A DNA stretch of 64,000 nucleotides from Carcharhinus amblyrhynchos (Eukaryota). The notes beneath the pieces were generated by a model. The model did not search any database and was not told the origin of the DNA. It worked only from the letters and a program-made list of their open reading frames with translations. The position numbers and the translations under genes were made by a program. The stretch is from positions 66,340,001 through 66,404,000 of the forward strand of contig OZ336885.1 of NCBI GenBank assembly GCA_965287045.1, given 5' to 3'. Shown here in pieces: positions 53,485 through 64,000 of the stretch (position 1 is its first letter; each line of letters begins with the position of its first letter).

Positions 53485-53870
53485 ATGTAGAAGTGCCGGT
53501 ATTGGACCGGTGTAAGCACAATAAGACCAGGTTAAAGACCAACAGGCCTATTTGGTAGCACAAGGCACAAGCTTTCAGAACGATGCTCCTTCATCAAGTG
53601 AGTGGAAGTTCTGTTCACAAACAGGGCATATAAAGACACAAACTCAATTTGCAAAATTATGGTTGCAATGTGAATCTTTACAGGTAATCAACACTGAACG
53701 GTAGAGACAATGTGAATGGAGAAGGGGATAAGCAAAGTTTAAAGAAATGTGTATTGTCTCCAGTCAGGAGAGTTAGTGAGATTTTGCAAGCCCAGATAGG
53801 TCGTGGGGGTTACAGATAGTGTGAGCTGAACGCAAGATCCCGATTCAGGCTGTTCTCATGTGTGTGGAAC
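53485..53870 (-). mobile_element. Penelope-like element terminal fragment
   Basis: ggttaaagaccaacaggcctatttggtagcac...gctttc...gctccttcatcaagtgagt, with a degenerate hammerhead-like core on the minus strand. Confidence 0.65.
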
Positions 53871-53871
53871 T

Positions 53872-54460
53872 CCCATCCACTGTGCCCTGCACATCCCGGC
53901 GACAGTTGCGAAGCCAAGAGCCCGGACTTCCTGCTGTGCATGACCTACAACGAAATTAATGAACTGCCCTATCCGGGCTTTCAGGGTATCTGAGACCTGC
54001 CACATACATTGTGCAAGGAGGCCTGGGAGACCCAGCTAGTTTGCCACTGGAAGTCTGGAATGACGGAGAGGAATATAAATTGAGGCTCCGTCACCTTCAC
54101 ATCCACAGGGAGAGGGCCGCCACTGCACCCCCGAAGTTCCATGTGGAGAGCACCTCACAAATGTGATGCATTGTGGTCTTTGACAGACGCCCCTGGCGAT
54201 GGCTCATCTGCTCTGAGAGGGCCTTGTAGGAAGCGTAGAGCTTGTGATCCCTTGACCTCGGCATCCTCTGTCTTCTGTGCACCCTCCCGGGAGGCTGCTC
54301 ACCCACCTCCCTGTCCTCAACAGCAGCCCTTTGCCCTCCTTCCTGAGGACTGGTGGGTGGCTGCTCTACTGGTGGTCTCTCGATGCTCGCCACCTCCTAT
54401 GCCGTTGTCCCCTCCTCCCCCCTCCTCCGCCCCTGTTATCACGAACATGGCCAGCTCAAG
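53872..54460 (-). pseudogene. PIF/Harbinger DDE transposase remnant (N-terminal part)
   Basis: minus-strand peptides RLSKTTMHHICEVL, SFQ, DTLKARIGQFINF...RALGFATVAG...VQGTVDG resemble HARBI1-type transposases; frameshifted. Confidence 0.75.
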
Positions 54461-55043
54461 ATTACTCGAACCCCGAAGCTTTTTTTTTGTATAGTGTCCT
54501 TGAGACATCACCTATATTCTGGATGTTCTCCCGTTCAACCAGCATTCTTGAAAACAATTTCACTCTGATTTCATCTTCATTGACGGCGTGCACTAAACTT
54601 CGCTCATTTCTTCTCCAGTGTACATTCTTCTCCGGCTTATTTCTAAAACAATCTTTGGAAATGCCTAATGTTAAGTTTACAATATAATTAATTCTTGAGT
54701 AAGCAACTTCTTTTTTTCAAAATGATCGTTTTTTTTAATTGTAAAATGTTTTGTTCAACATCTTTGAATTGTTTTCTTAAATGTTTCCTCTTTTTCATTT
54801 GCCGCTAGGTCGTTTTTGCATTCTCTATTTATCCATGTCTACATAACCGATTCTGTATCCCTTCAAAATTATTGTTTTATACTGATATGTGTTGTTCTTA
54901 TACTGAACACAGAATTCATCCAATGATCAGTATGATGATACGATGATGGAAGAATTCACATGATTATTATTTTTAAATATCCCTTTCTTTGCTGAGTATT
55001 AGATATACAAAAGCATTTTGTTTTAGTTTGTGTCCTGTAACAG

Positions 55044-55070
55044 ATCTGTCACCTGCCCTGCCGGGAATGG
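55044..55070 (+). CDS. Candidate additional 27-nt phase-1 micro-exon: (D)LSPALPGM
   Basis: tgtcctgtaacag|ATCTG...AATGG|gtaacg; right size and phase but not heptad-like. Confidence 0.35.
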
Positions 55071-55258
55071 GTAACGTCCACACTTGAAGAATCATTCTTA
55101 CTCGAATAGACTTTTTTTTTCAACCCACATAATCCGAGTCAATATATTACATAGTTTCCATACCTGAGGAAGGAAGATTGTTTAAATTTGTCACAGTCGC
55201 AACCATTAAACTTACCAACATTGCAACTTGTTGCATTAACTCTATATGTTGGATTTAG

Positions 55259-55285
55259 AACTGAAGAAAAAGGGTGGAATCAAAG
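55259..55285 (+). CDS. Micro-exon 22 (27 nt, in a 36-nt slot): (E)LKKKGGIK
   Basis: gatttag|AACTG...CAAAG|gtaagt. Confidence 0.72.
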
Positions 55286-55954
55286 GTAAGTCTGCTCATG
55301 TTCTAACAGATATCTAAAACATTTTTATGAGTTAATCATAAAATACTATCGAAATGAACTGAAACTTACTATAAGTATTCACGCTGTTGTGTCTTAAAAT
55401 CGCGCATATGTGCAAACTTTCAAGAGATATTTTTTAAATAGGCAATCTTGCGGTTTCAAAACTGTGGCAACGGATGAAGCTGGTGAAAGAACAGGGGAAC
55501 TAAAATGCTTCTGTACTTATTTCAGTGGAAATTTTATCAAATATCAAAGAGAAGGCTATTCCGCCAACAAATGTTGTTCCACAATTTGAATAGTTAATAC
55601 TGGCGCATCTAGCTTAAAAATGCCCATGCCCCCATTCCATTGCCATTGGTTTCACTAGCATCCAGACACGCATTGAATTGTGTTCTGAACGTACTCAATG
55701 ATTTAGATTGCACAACTGTCCATGGCAACGATTTCCAATTTTTTTTACCATTGTGAATTTCAGAGTGAAGCAATTCCTCCTTATCTCAGTTGAAATGGCC
55801 TTTCCCTTATGCTGCGATTATGTCACCAGCTGGGCAGAAAGTTTCACTCATATCCCACTTGTCATGTTAGAATGTTTAGGTTTCATTCCGATTCTCCTTC
55901 ATCCTTACTCTAGTCAATTTTGAAGTATTTCGATTATGAAAGACAAACCGACTT

Positions 55955-56060
55955 GGTGCATTGACCTGAACAGGCGCTGGGCTGTGGCAACTATGGGATT
56001 TTCACAATAACTCCATTGTTGCGTTAATGTAAGCCTTACTTCTGTTTAACAAATAAAATA
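55955..56060 (+). mobile_element. SINE 3' fragment
   Basis: gggattttcacaataactccattgttgcgttaatgtaagcc resembles the tail of the SINE at 35736-36045. Confidence 0.6.
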
Positions 56061-56199
56061 CTAAGTTGACTACTGCATCAAATTACAAAGTGAGAGGAAT
56101 CAGTTGTGTTCATTAGTATTTCACGGGCAAAAACTAAAATAATTTATTGCCTTATATTAAGGTTATTGCAGAGGATAACACAAATAGTCTCTTCTATCT

Positions 56200-59100
56200 A
56201 CGATCTGCTCCCCATGACACCATTTCAACTACATCTCAGTTTATCCCCAGAATGTACACCGATGTGAAGGAGAGCAACTGCCTATCTCGTCCCATTGGCT
56301 ATGATGCGCGTGGCGTGTGTTCTCTGGAGGCCCTCAACATTAAGGCCCTGACTGTCTTCCAGGTGCCTGGGACATTTCCATGAGACCTTCTTCATCCCGC
56401 TGCCCCTGATATGCCCCAGTGTCAGAGAGGGGGATGTCAGGAAGTGTAACCACACCACAGTTTCCTATTGAAATCTCTGGCCTGGGCTCCACCCCTTTCT
56501 CTTCCCTTGGGATTCCTGTGGGCACCTATATAACTGTGTGGGACGGAGCGACAATCCACAATGAGCTCCAGAAGCTCCGGGCCTCCTGGCCCCGCCACTT
56601 CTGGAGGGCCACCTGCATCCTTTCCAGGTAGGTTGAGGCCTCTGATATGGCCACTTGAGTCGGGGGCCACTTGTCAATGGCCGCAGCAAGTGACCTCTGA
56701 AACTGGGCCACGCCCTGCACCTTCAGCCATGACACTCTGCAACTGGGCCACGTTCACAAGATCTGATGCTGTAGCTCTTTCTGTCCCAGTGTTGTCCCTC
56801 TGGATCTCCGGTGAGGTCTGGAGCCTCTCAGCCATGGGCCGCAGGACCTAAAGAAATGTGTTCAGCCCCTCAGCTGTCGCCCACTTTATCTCGGCGCGGC
56901 TCTCTGAGAATCTTGTGGTCTGTTATGGACATGGTCATCGTTTGCAGCCTGCCACTCATGCTGACGATTCCCTACCCCAGAACTTCCATCACGGAGGCCA
57001 CCTTTGCACTGTTGGCCTGGGAACCACGAAAGACAGAGAGTATCTGCTCCGCCTGAAAGCTTTCCGATTCCTCCCAACAGCCTTGCAGCTGTAACATTGT
57101 GACCGTCAGCGCCCCATGCATTCCCTGACTTTGTTGCTGCACCTCCAACAGCTGATGAAACAATGGTCTCAGAGCCCAACATTTCGCCTGAAGCCTGCTG
57201 AGTCCTCGCCACTGGCAGGCACCCGCGGGTCAGACGCATGGTATGTTCTTTGCTCCAGCTGATGCACGTTATCAGATCTGTCGTACTCACCAGAAAGTTA
57301 CTCAGAAGCCTCGCAACTAACTGGACACACCATCATGCCAGTATCTATGCTGGTGAGGTGGAAGCTGGCGCCAAAAAATAAAGCACCCTTAGAAGCCTCT
57401 TCTTCCGAGGATGTACCCAACCTCTCTGAATCAGGATGGGCAAGCGCCGTAGCGGGGCCACGGTGCTGGATGGTCCCGTGGAGCCCGGATCTGCCTCTGC
57501 AACACAAGACACAAGTGTAAGGGAAGGAGGGGAATCCGGAATGCACAAATGTGATTCACATTTCTCCATTGAATATAGAACAAAGCACGAAGAATATTAT
57601 ATTACTTCATCAGGCCCGTCAGGTATCCAAGCCTGCAGCGACCAGGCTGCCCATCTGAATTATAACACCTTACCCTTCCGCGGACCATATGCCTCCATTT
57701 CCATTCCATTCACGGAGCTGCAAAAACACTCCTTAAAAGTGTCTCTGGTTTCTGCCTCCGCGACGTCCCTTCACAGTGAGCTCCAGGCGCCCATTGCCCT
57801 CTCTATACAAGTAAACATGCCTCGTACATCTCCTTTAAACAATGCCCGCGCACCCAAAACTGATACCCCCAAGAAAGTGCTTCAAATTGATCGGACGCCC
57901 AATCTTCAAAGGAGGTGAGGACCAAAGGTCCGGCTCACCACTCCCTGTCATCGCCCTCTCTCTGCTGTTATGGGCGGTCTCCGCCTGTGGAGACACAAGG
58001 AGCAATGAAACAAAAGATGGCGCGACTCCTGCAAAGTGGCTCTTAGAATGCTAGCCAATTTACTTTTGAGGGAGGGGGCGGTGTAGGAAGGTGGTGTTTG
58101 GGGGCCAGTGGTAGGAAGCATACAGGCTGGGGATGGAAGGGTCTGGGGACGATTTGAGGGAAGATGTGAGATGGGGATCACCTTCAAAGCTCCTGTTTCC
58201 CTCTTTTCGGGCTCAGTGCCATGGCACTAACCAAGGTGCAGACTGCCTCCCAAATCACCAGCCTCCCTAGGCCTGCGCGTTCCTGGGAGGAAGAGTGTGC
58301 CCCAACTTGCCTCTGCGCATCCAGCAGCCTCCGCAGGTTGGCCTCAGTAAATTGCAGGGCTGACCGTTTTTTTCTCTCTCTCTCTCTACACTGTCTGCCT
58401 CCCTGAGCATCCTTGTTTTATTTTAATGGAGCTGCCCCTCGTTAGGGCTGATCAGCTGCAAGTAGTTTGGCAGCACATTTCAGCATTGTAGATGTATTTT
58501 GCTTGTAAGCATTGAGGGGAGTGCACGTCAGCACTTGAAGGTGTGCTAGCGGGGGAGGGAGTGATTGGGGACAGGGGAGAGTGAGGGAGGTTTCATACAG
58601 CCATCGAATTCGGGAGGAGATGGTGGCTTTGTGCAGAATGGTCCGGGGTGGTGGCGGAGTACACTGTGCATGAGGTTGGTGGGGGAAGAAGGAGGACGGA
58701 TCTCTACCTGAGATCCGTGGCGGCGGGGGGGAGGGGGGGGCGGGGGAAGAGGAGGGAAATCACTCTGACTAAGATCTGTGGAAGGAAGGAGAGTCTACTG
58801 CCATTCAGCCTGAGATCAGTGGGGTGCGGGGGAGACCACAGCCGCTCTGCCTCAGATCAGTGGAGGGGAAGTGAGGTCACCGCCCTCCTGTCTGAAATCA
58901 GTAGGGGGAGGGGGGGCAATGGGGGCCCGCTGCCACTCTGCATGAGATCAGCGGAGGGAAGTGGAGAAGGGCGTCACGATCAGTCTGTATGTTTGATATG
59001 TGAAGGGATAAGGTCTCAGCAATTTTATGGGAGCAGGACAAATTCTGGAGGGTGGCATTATCCGGCCCGGGAGGGGTGTGGCAGGGGAGGAGATGGGAGC

Positions 59101-59330
59101 ATTATATAAAATCTTTTTGCATGGCATTTCGAAGTTCCAATCGCACCTGCAGTGTTTCTGGGGCGCAGAGCCCCGCCCAAAGGTTTGTATAGCGCGATTT
59201 GGAATCGCTGATATTTTTGCAGGCAGACTGTGTATGGGGGCGCCTCAGAACGAGCCAAAAGGTCGGATCTGGAGCAAACCCAGTTTCAAGTCCGCCCAGA
59301 ACTTAGAATGCAAATGGTAAAAGAGGGCCC
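56200..59330 (-). mobile_element. Decayed Harbinger-type DNA transposon carrying Myb/SANT-like ORF remnants
   Basis: GC-rich block; minus-strand LQFTEANLRRLLDA...WEAVCTLVSAM near 58190-58370; terminus-like ggtaaaagagggccc at 59316-59330; left end uncertain. Confidence 0.55.
57570..57850 (-). mobile_element. CR1 3' fragment inserted in the Harbinger remnant
   Basis: reverse-complement CR1 3' end pattern (ggaccatatgcctccattt..., ctctggtttctgcctcc..., gagctccaggcgccca). Confidence 0.55.
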
Positions 59331-59568
59331 AATGTGAATTCACAATCCGCTCCCTGTTATTTTGGCATTTCAGTGCATACCACCGTCGATGGTTATCACT
59401 GCGACCTGGGTTCCGCTAATGTTATCGTAATATTGTCCAATTCTGAGGAAAGTGCAACAAAATGCTATATATATATATTTCAATCTTGTCATATAAAACC
59501 AGGCATGATGTTCTTTTTCCAGAAGTTGCTGTTATTAATCCAAAATGTTTGTCCTTGTTTTATTACAG

Positions 59569-59595
59569 ATGAACAAATGGAGAAGCTGCAACGTG
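59569..59595 (+). CDS. Micro-exon 23 (27 nt): (D)EQMEKLQR
   Basis: ttattacag|ATGAA...ACGTG|gtaaga. Confidence 0.86.
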
Positions 59596-59877
59596 GTAAG
59601 AACCATGACATCACAGTCACTGGAGACTGAAGGATCTGTTCCAACTCGTACATCACCTGATTAGCCGGCGTTTAGCTGAAGCAACGGCACTGGAGAATTG
59701 GGATGGATTCAGTCAATATTGTCAGGGGATGGATTGAAGCAGAGTGCAGAGGTAACAAACAGAAATAAAGGTGAATGCTAGTGCTGGGGGAAAAAAATGT
59801 TGTTCCACTTCAGCTAGCAACAAAGCAGAAAATACTATAATTTGCGAACAAAAGAAGAATCAGCATCAACCACATTT

Positions 59878-60185
59878 CAAAGTGAACTTATCGGCTCACA
59901 TGTAGACTTACATTAACATTACAATGAAGTTATTGTGGAAACCCCCTCATCGCCAGTCTGCAGCATTTGGTTACATCGAGGAAGAATTTAGCATCGCCAG
60001 TGCAACTAACTGGCACCTCATTCAGGCTGTGGGAGGAAACCAAAGCACTCGGAGGAAACCTACAGAGACACCGAAGAAATGTGGGGAGAATGTGCAGACT
60101 CTACCCAAACAGTGGCACGGGCTGGGAATCGAACCCTGATCTCTAGCGCTGTGAGGCACCAATGCTAACCAATGTGCCACTGTGA
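59878..60185 (-). mobile_element. tRNA-derived SINE (HE1/V-SINE-like)
   Basis: reverse complement of cacagtggcacattggttagcattggtgcctcacagcgctagagatcagggttcgattcccagc. Confidence 0.88.
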
Positions 60186-61716
60186 TACAAGTTTGAAAGG
60201 CGCAAAGGTAAACTGCAAGCACAGAGTTATGTCTCTGCATGAAGGAAGAGGTAATCGGCATGTGGCGCAAACATAGTTAAGACACGACACTTAATCATCA
60301 AACACACAAAAAAATTAGAGCTTCTAGAGAAGGGAAATGGAGCTTACGAATTATTAAATGTTAGGGAAGACGTTGTTGTGATTGAAGTATCGCATGTCAC
60401 TGAAGTGGTCAATACCACTTGACCAATGATGAGAATCAGTAAGGGATTAATCATAAGACGAGTTTGGATAGGCTGGAAATGCAATAATTTAGAAAGAGCT
60501 TCAGGGTCTTCTCCTTTGCTCTGGTGTAAAATTCTGCAGCAACATGGTTTCTATTTGAACGTGTTGCAGACATTATCAATCCTGTGTTGTCGAGGCATAA
60601 CGACATTTATGTGAACAAATATTGTGTTTCGAATGACCTTGACATTGTAGTGCACGAGTGCAAACAACGCGTTGACTCAAAACATCGATTATTTACAAGA
60701 AAGGTCCAAACATACTTCACTGCTATAACGAAAACGAAAAACAAGCAATTCACCCATCCCATTCATAAAACGTTTGGCTTGCATATCACGGCATCTGCTG
60801 ATTTTTTTAGAAATAAGCACGTGACACCTAGTGTTGCAAAAGATATATGGGAATCATAAGACACCAGTACCACACATTGACACCAGATTTAGACTCGAAT
60901 TTATCCCTCTAGGAACTTGTCACATTTAAATCACGTGTGGCAAGCACTGTTTCCACTGACCTGCTAGTGACTTGGCCGCCACTCTATTTCTCTTCCAGCT
61001 TCCCAGCTCATGCAACAGTGCCAGTTTTGTTGAAACCAATCACGATTGTAACGTGTTGCATATTCACATTACCCTTTGAGCAAAGATCTTTCTTTTCAAT
61101 TCCATATTAGTTTGCTTGGGGGCAACTATATCCTCGCAACCAACTAACGATACAAGTTCCATAAGAGGAGGTGCCATCTCCATAGCAACTCTGCCAAAAC
61201 CAACGATAAATTTAAAACACGTTTGTTGATTTTCAGCTCTGCAATTTTTTTAATCTATCATGTGCCCCGCCTAATTATTACATCACCCATGTAACTCTAT
61301 ACGCCAGCACGCTTATTGTTGTATAGCCCAGGTTCAAGTGAAGAGCGATTCTGAGATGTAGAGATTCAATGCATTGCCTGGTGGTGTTGAAGAGGCAAAT
61401 TTCACCCGACCGTAAGAAAAATGAATTTTACAGGTAATTGAACAGCGCAATTTCGGCTATGCAGAACTGGTTGGAACTTGGTTCTAATTGCAGGAAACCA
61501 AATAGTCTCTGCATCATAACCAATTGTCCCATTTTGCTGCAGCCATTCCATAGAGATTTTAAAGAATGCAAAATTCACAGCGTTTTACAGGTTCAGGAAT
61601 TGAGATCATATTCCCTGGTTGAAACATCTTAAACTAGGGAGGAGGCGACCATGGTAAGGATTCAATCCTATAGACTTGAGATGAACCGTCATGTGTTGTA
61701 TCGCACCATTATAAAT

Positions 61717-62020
61717 GGCTGCCCTGTGGCACAGTGATTAGAACTGCTGTTGGATTCGATTCCCGGCTTGAGTTACTGTCTGTGTGGAGTTTGCACATTC
61801 TCTCCGTATCTATATGGGTTTCTTCCGGGTGCTTCGATTGCCTCCAACAGCACAAAGACGCGCATGTGAGGTGGATTGGCCATGCTAAATTGCCCATTAG
61901 TGTCAGCACTAACTCGGGTCAATGCATGGGCTACGGGAATATGACCTGGGTGGGATTGCGTTCGGTGTAGACATAAAGGGCCGAATGGCCTTCTTCTGTA
62001 TGGCATGAATCTACGATTTT
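61717..62020 (+). mobile_element. tRNA-derived SINE (HE1-like)
   Basis: gtggcacagtgattagaactgctg head, ttcgattcccggc, ggtggattggccatgctaaattgccc core, gggccgaatggcctt tail. Confidence 0.85.
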
Positions 62021-62281
62021 ATGTGCGATGATTAGAAATCTGGATTTTCTGAAGCAGGGAGATAAACATATTCAGTACTTTCAGATCGCTGCTTATGGAT
62101 TTTATTGGACTCAAAGGAACAAAAAGGTTCTGCAGAAAGAGCCAGAATGTTGAGTTGATTTACACCGTTCTAGCACTATTTTAATCAATTACAAAACCTG
62201 ATCAAACAGCCATAGTTCCCCCTATTAAACATATGTATATTTATATTCGAATAGATACTCAACTCTGCATTTTTTTTTCAG

Positions 62282-62317
62282 AAACACAAGTATTGAAAAA
62301 GAAACTTCAAGATTTAG
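62282..62317 (+). CDS. Micro-exon 24 (36 nt): (E)TQVLKKKLQDL
   Basis: ttttttttcag|AAACA...TTTAG|gtgaga. Confidence 0.88.
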
Positions 62318-63155
62318 GTGAGAAGTGTATTATTGATCATCAAACCACACTGGTACAAATAATAATTCATGAATGTAAATGATGGATTCATCTATTCAAG
62401 GGATTGAGAAAGGAATTCTGTCTATCAGAGGTGTTACATACGGGCCCTATCAGAATGCAAAGTGGCAAACAGGTGTACATTTTTGGCGTATCCGTCTTAG
62501 AAATAGTAGATGTGCACATTGATTAAAGAAAACAAGAAGAGGCCTGACTGAAAATGTATGAAATCAGTGTATTCGGGAGAAAATTTTGGCTCAAAAAACC
62601 AAGAACACCTTCCCCACATTTCAAAACAAAAACCATCCTGATTAATCCTTTACATTTACTGAAGAGGAAATAGAGGCGACTCAATGTTCGTAAAATATAC
62701 CTCTGATGACGCAGTACTTCTTCAGTGCAGTACTGATGCCTCACTCCTTGTTAATGTTCCGAGGAGCTGGAGTTTCCAAGCAAAACATTCAGAAAAAAAA
62801 TAAAATGAGCCGCAGGGAGGCATTGTAAGCAAATATGCAACAAAACAAATGCGCGACATTCGTGTAAAGGGAACACGTTGATTTCAATGAATACATTAGA
62901 ATGACCAAAACTGAGAAATTGAGGGACTAGAGGGTGCATCGGAATATAATTAAGAAGAAAAGGATAAATTCTAAGATGAAATAAGCAGTGCACAATGCAG
63001 AAGATTGGATATCTTACAGGGCACAACTTAAAAACAATGTTTGAGCGGTTTCAATACAACTGAGAGGCAGAGCGGCAAAATTAGAGGCAACATAAAATAA
63101 ACAATGGCTGTGTGCTTAGCTTTTGCTGAAAAGGTGAAAGCTACTAATTGTAGCT

Positions 63156-63246
63156 TCATAAGAACATAAGAAATAGGAGCAGGAGTAGGCTATCCAGCCC
63201 TTCGAGCCTGCCCCGCCATTCAATAAGATCATGGCTGATCTGTCGC
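63156..63246 (-). mobile_element. Very short 3' tail of the young CR1 family
   Basis: cataagaacataagaaataggagcaggagtaggc...tcatggctgatctgtcg is the reverse complement of about 51252-51340. Confidence 0.9.
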
Positions 63247-64000
63247 TGCTCAGTTGCATTCCAGAAATTGCCAACAGCAACAAAGGAATAAAATTCTTAT
63301 CCATAAGTAAACCATGTTGATTGGTTAGTATGTTGGCTCAGATGAGTGGAGACGTTGATACAGATAATGAAGCACGGAACAATTGACCTCCCAGTTTTTT
63401 TGTTTCAACTTTTAACCAGGCAAGGTATTGGTCTGCAGGAGACACCAGGGAATTCTCTGAGCCTTACCTTGTCTACCCTCCCTGTGACACAGTACCGACA
63501 GCAATGTGAGTTATTTTAAAATGCCTTTGGAAGCTCAGTTTGGGACAATTAGCGATCTGCCTATCTGTGTTCCCATTGTGCAACCCACCTCCCAATTCCT
63601 CTCTTAAATTCACGTTAAATTGATAATCTTGCACCTTCCACTCTTGGGACACATGTTTCGTGATATTTTACTATGTACTGCTTTTATTTCTCTTCAGGTG
63701 ACGTTTTCTGTTAATTATTGCTACTGAGCTCACCCCTGTCAGAAGAACTGCAAAACACTAACTGACAGAAATTGCGATCCTACATCTAAACTCACTTGTC
63801 ACTCCAAAATACTTAATCTATTCTGTCTGCTTCCAAGTCTGTTCACACCTTTCCAATAACGCCATTGCTGAACCCAAAGAAAATATGTCGGCAGCCCCCT
63901 CCCCGTCCCCCTATCCCCAGTGCCGTATTGTTTCTTATCAAAAACATTGGCACACATAATCCGTCCAAAAGCCACTCAAGAGAGAACTTGAAACAGTCAT

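Larger units (their letters stand above)
2524..62317 (+). other. Partial gene model: at least 24 symmetric phase-1 micro-exons (alternating 27/36 nt) encoding a 21-aa-periodic coiled coil; 5' and 3' ends not found in window
   Basis: 13 exons of 27 nt and 11 of 36 nt, all AG..G|GT, joined give 747 nt without a stop and a continuous a/d hydrophobic heptad pattern. Confidence 0.88.

Noticed and set aside
1-64000. Prokaryotic systems (CRISPR arrays, operons, retrons) and the remaining short ORFs in the track
   Set aside because: Sequence is intron- and retroelement-rich vertebrate DNA; no regularly spaced direct repeats were seen, the RT domains are LINE-type, and the short ORFs lack recognisable domains.

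Overview
Eukaryotic (vertebrate) genomic DNA, most likely a cartilaginous fish, judged from HE1/V-SINE-like SINEs and from CR1, Rex1/Babar, Penelope and Harbinger remnants. The supplied ORF track is almost entirely retroelement debris or noise. The main content, invisible to the ORF track, is the interior of one plus-strand gene built from at least 24 micro-exons spread over ~60 kb (2524-62317). All have AG/GT boundaries and are phase 1-1, and they alternate almost strictly between 27 nt and 36 nt. Each 27+36 pair encodes 21 aa (three heptads). Spliced together they give a stop-free 249-codon coiled coil: (D)EYLIDKTK-VIETLKSDIVEA-ENDLLQKEA-ELQKQKEICQGY-ARGNSHKNE-EIAMLKNTLLDC-EQNLAQKDE-DIIKMKASIKQC-DGKMKSKES-VVDKLKSDYEDC-ELKLANKQK-ALDKLKENLNEI-GLNLSRKDR-ECNELRESLEAK-DQILAKKEK-ELEKQRNSNLNC-EESLRVKQK-EIQKLKEDINDQ-EQQIGKKDR-ELEKLRKKLQDS-ERKMTSDQE-ELKKKGGIK-DEQMEKLQR-ETQVLKKKLQDL. 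I found neither start nor stop in the window, so the gene cannot be named; a butyrophilin/BG-like heptad-exon tail is one hypothesis. The introns carry many transposable elements, including a young 5'-truncated CR1 with an uninterrupted ORF2. Exons were found by eye; TE boundaries are approximate.
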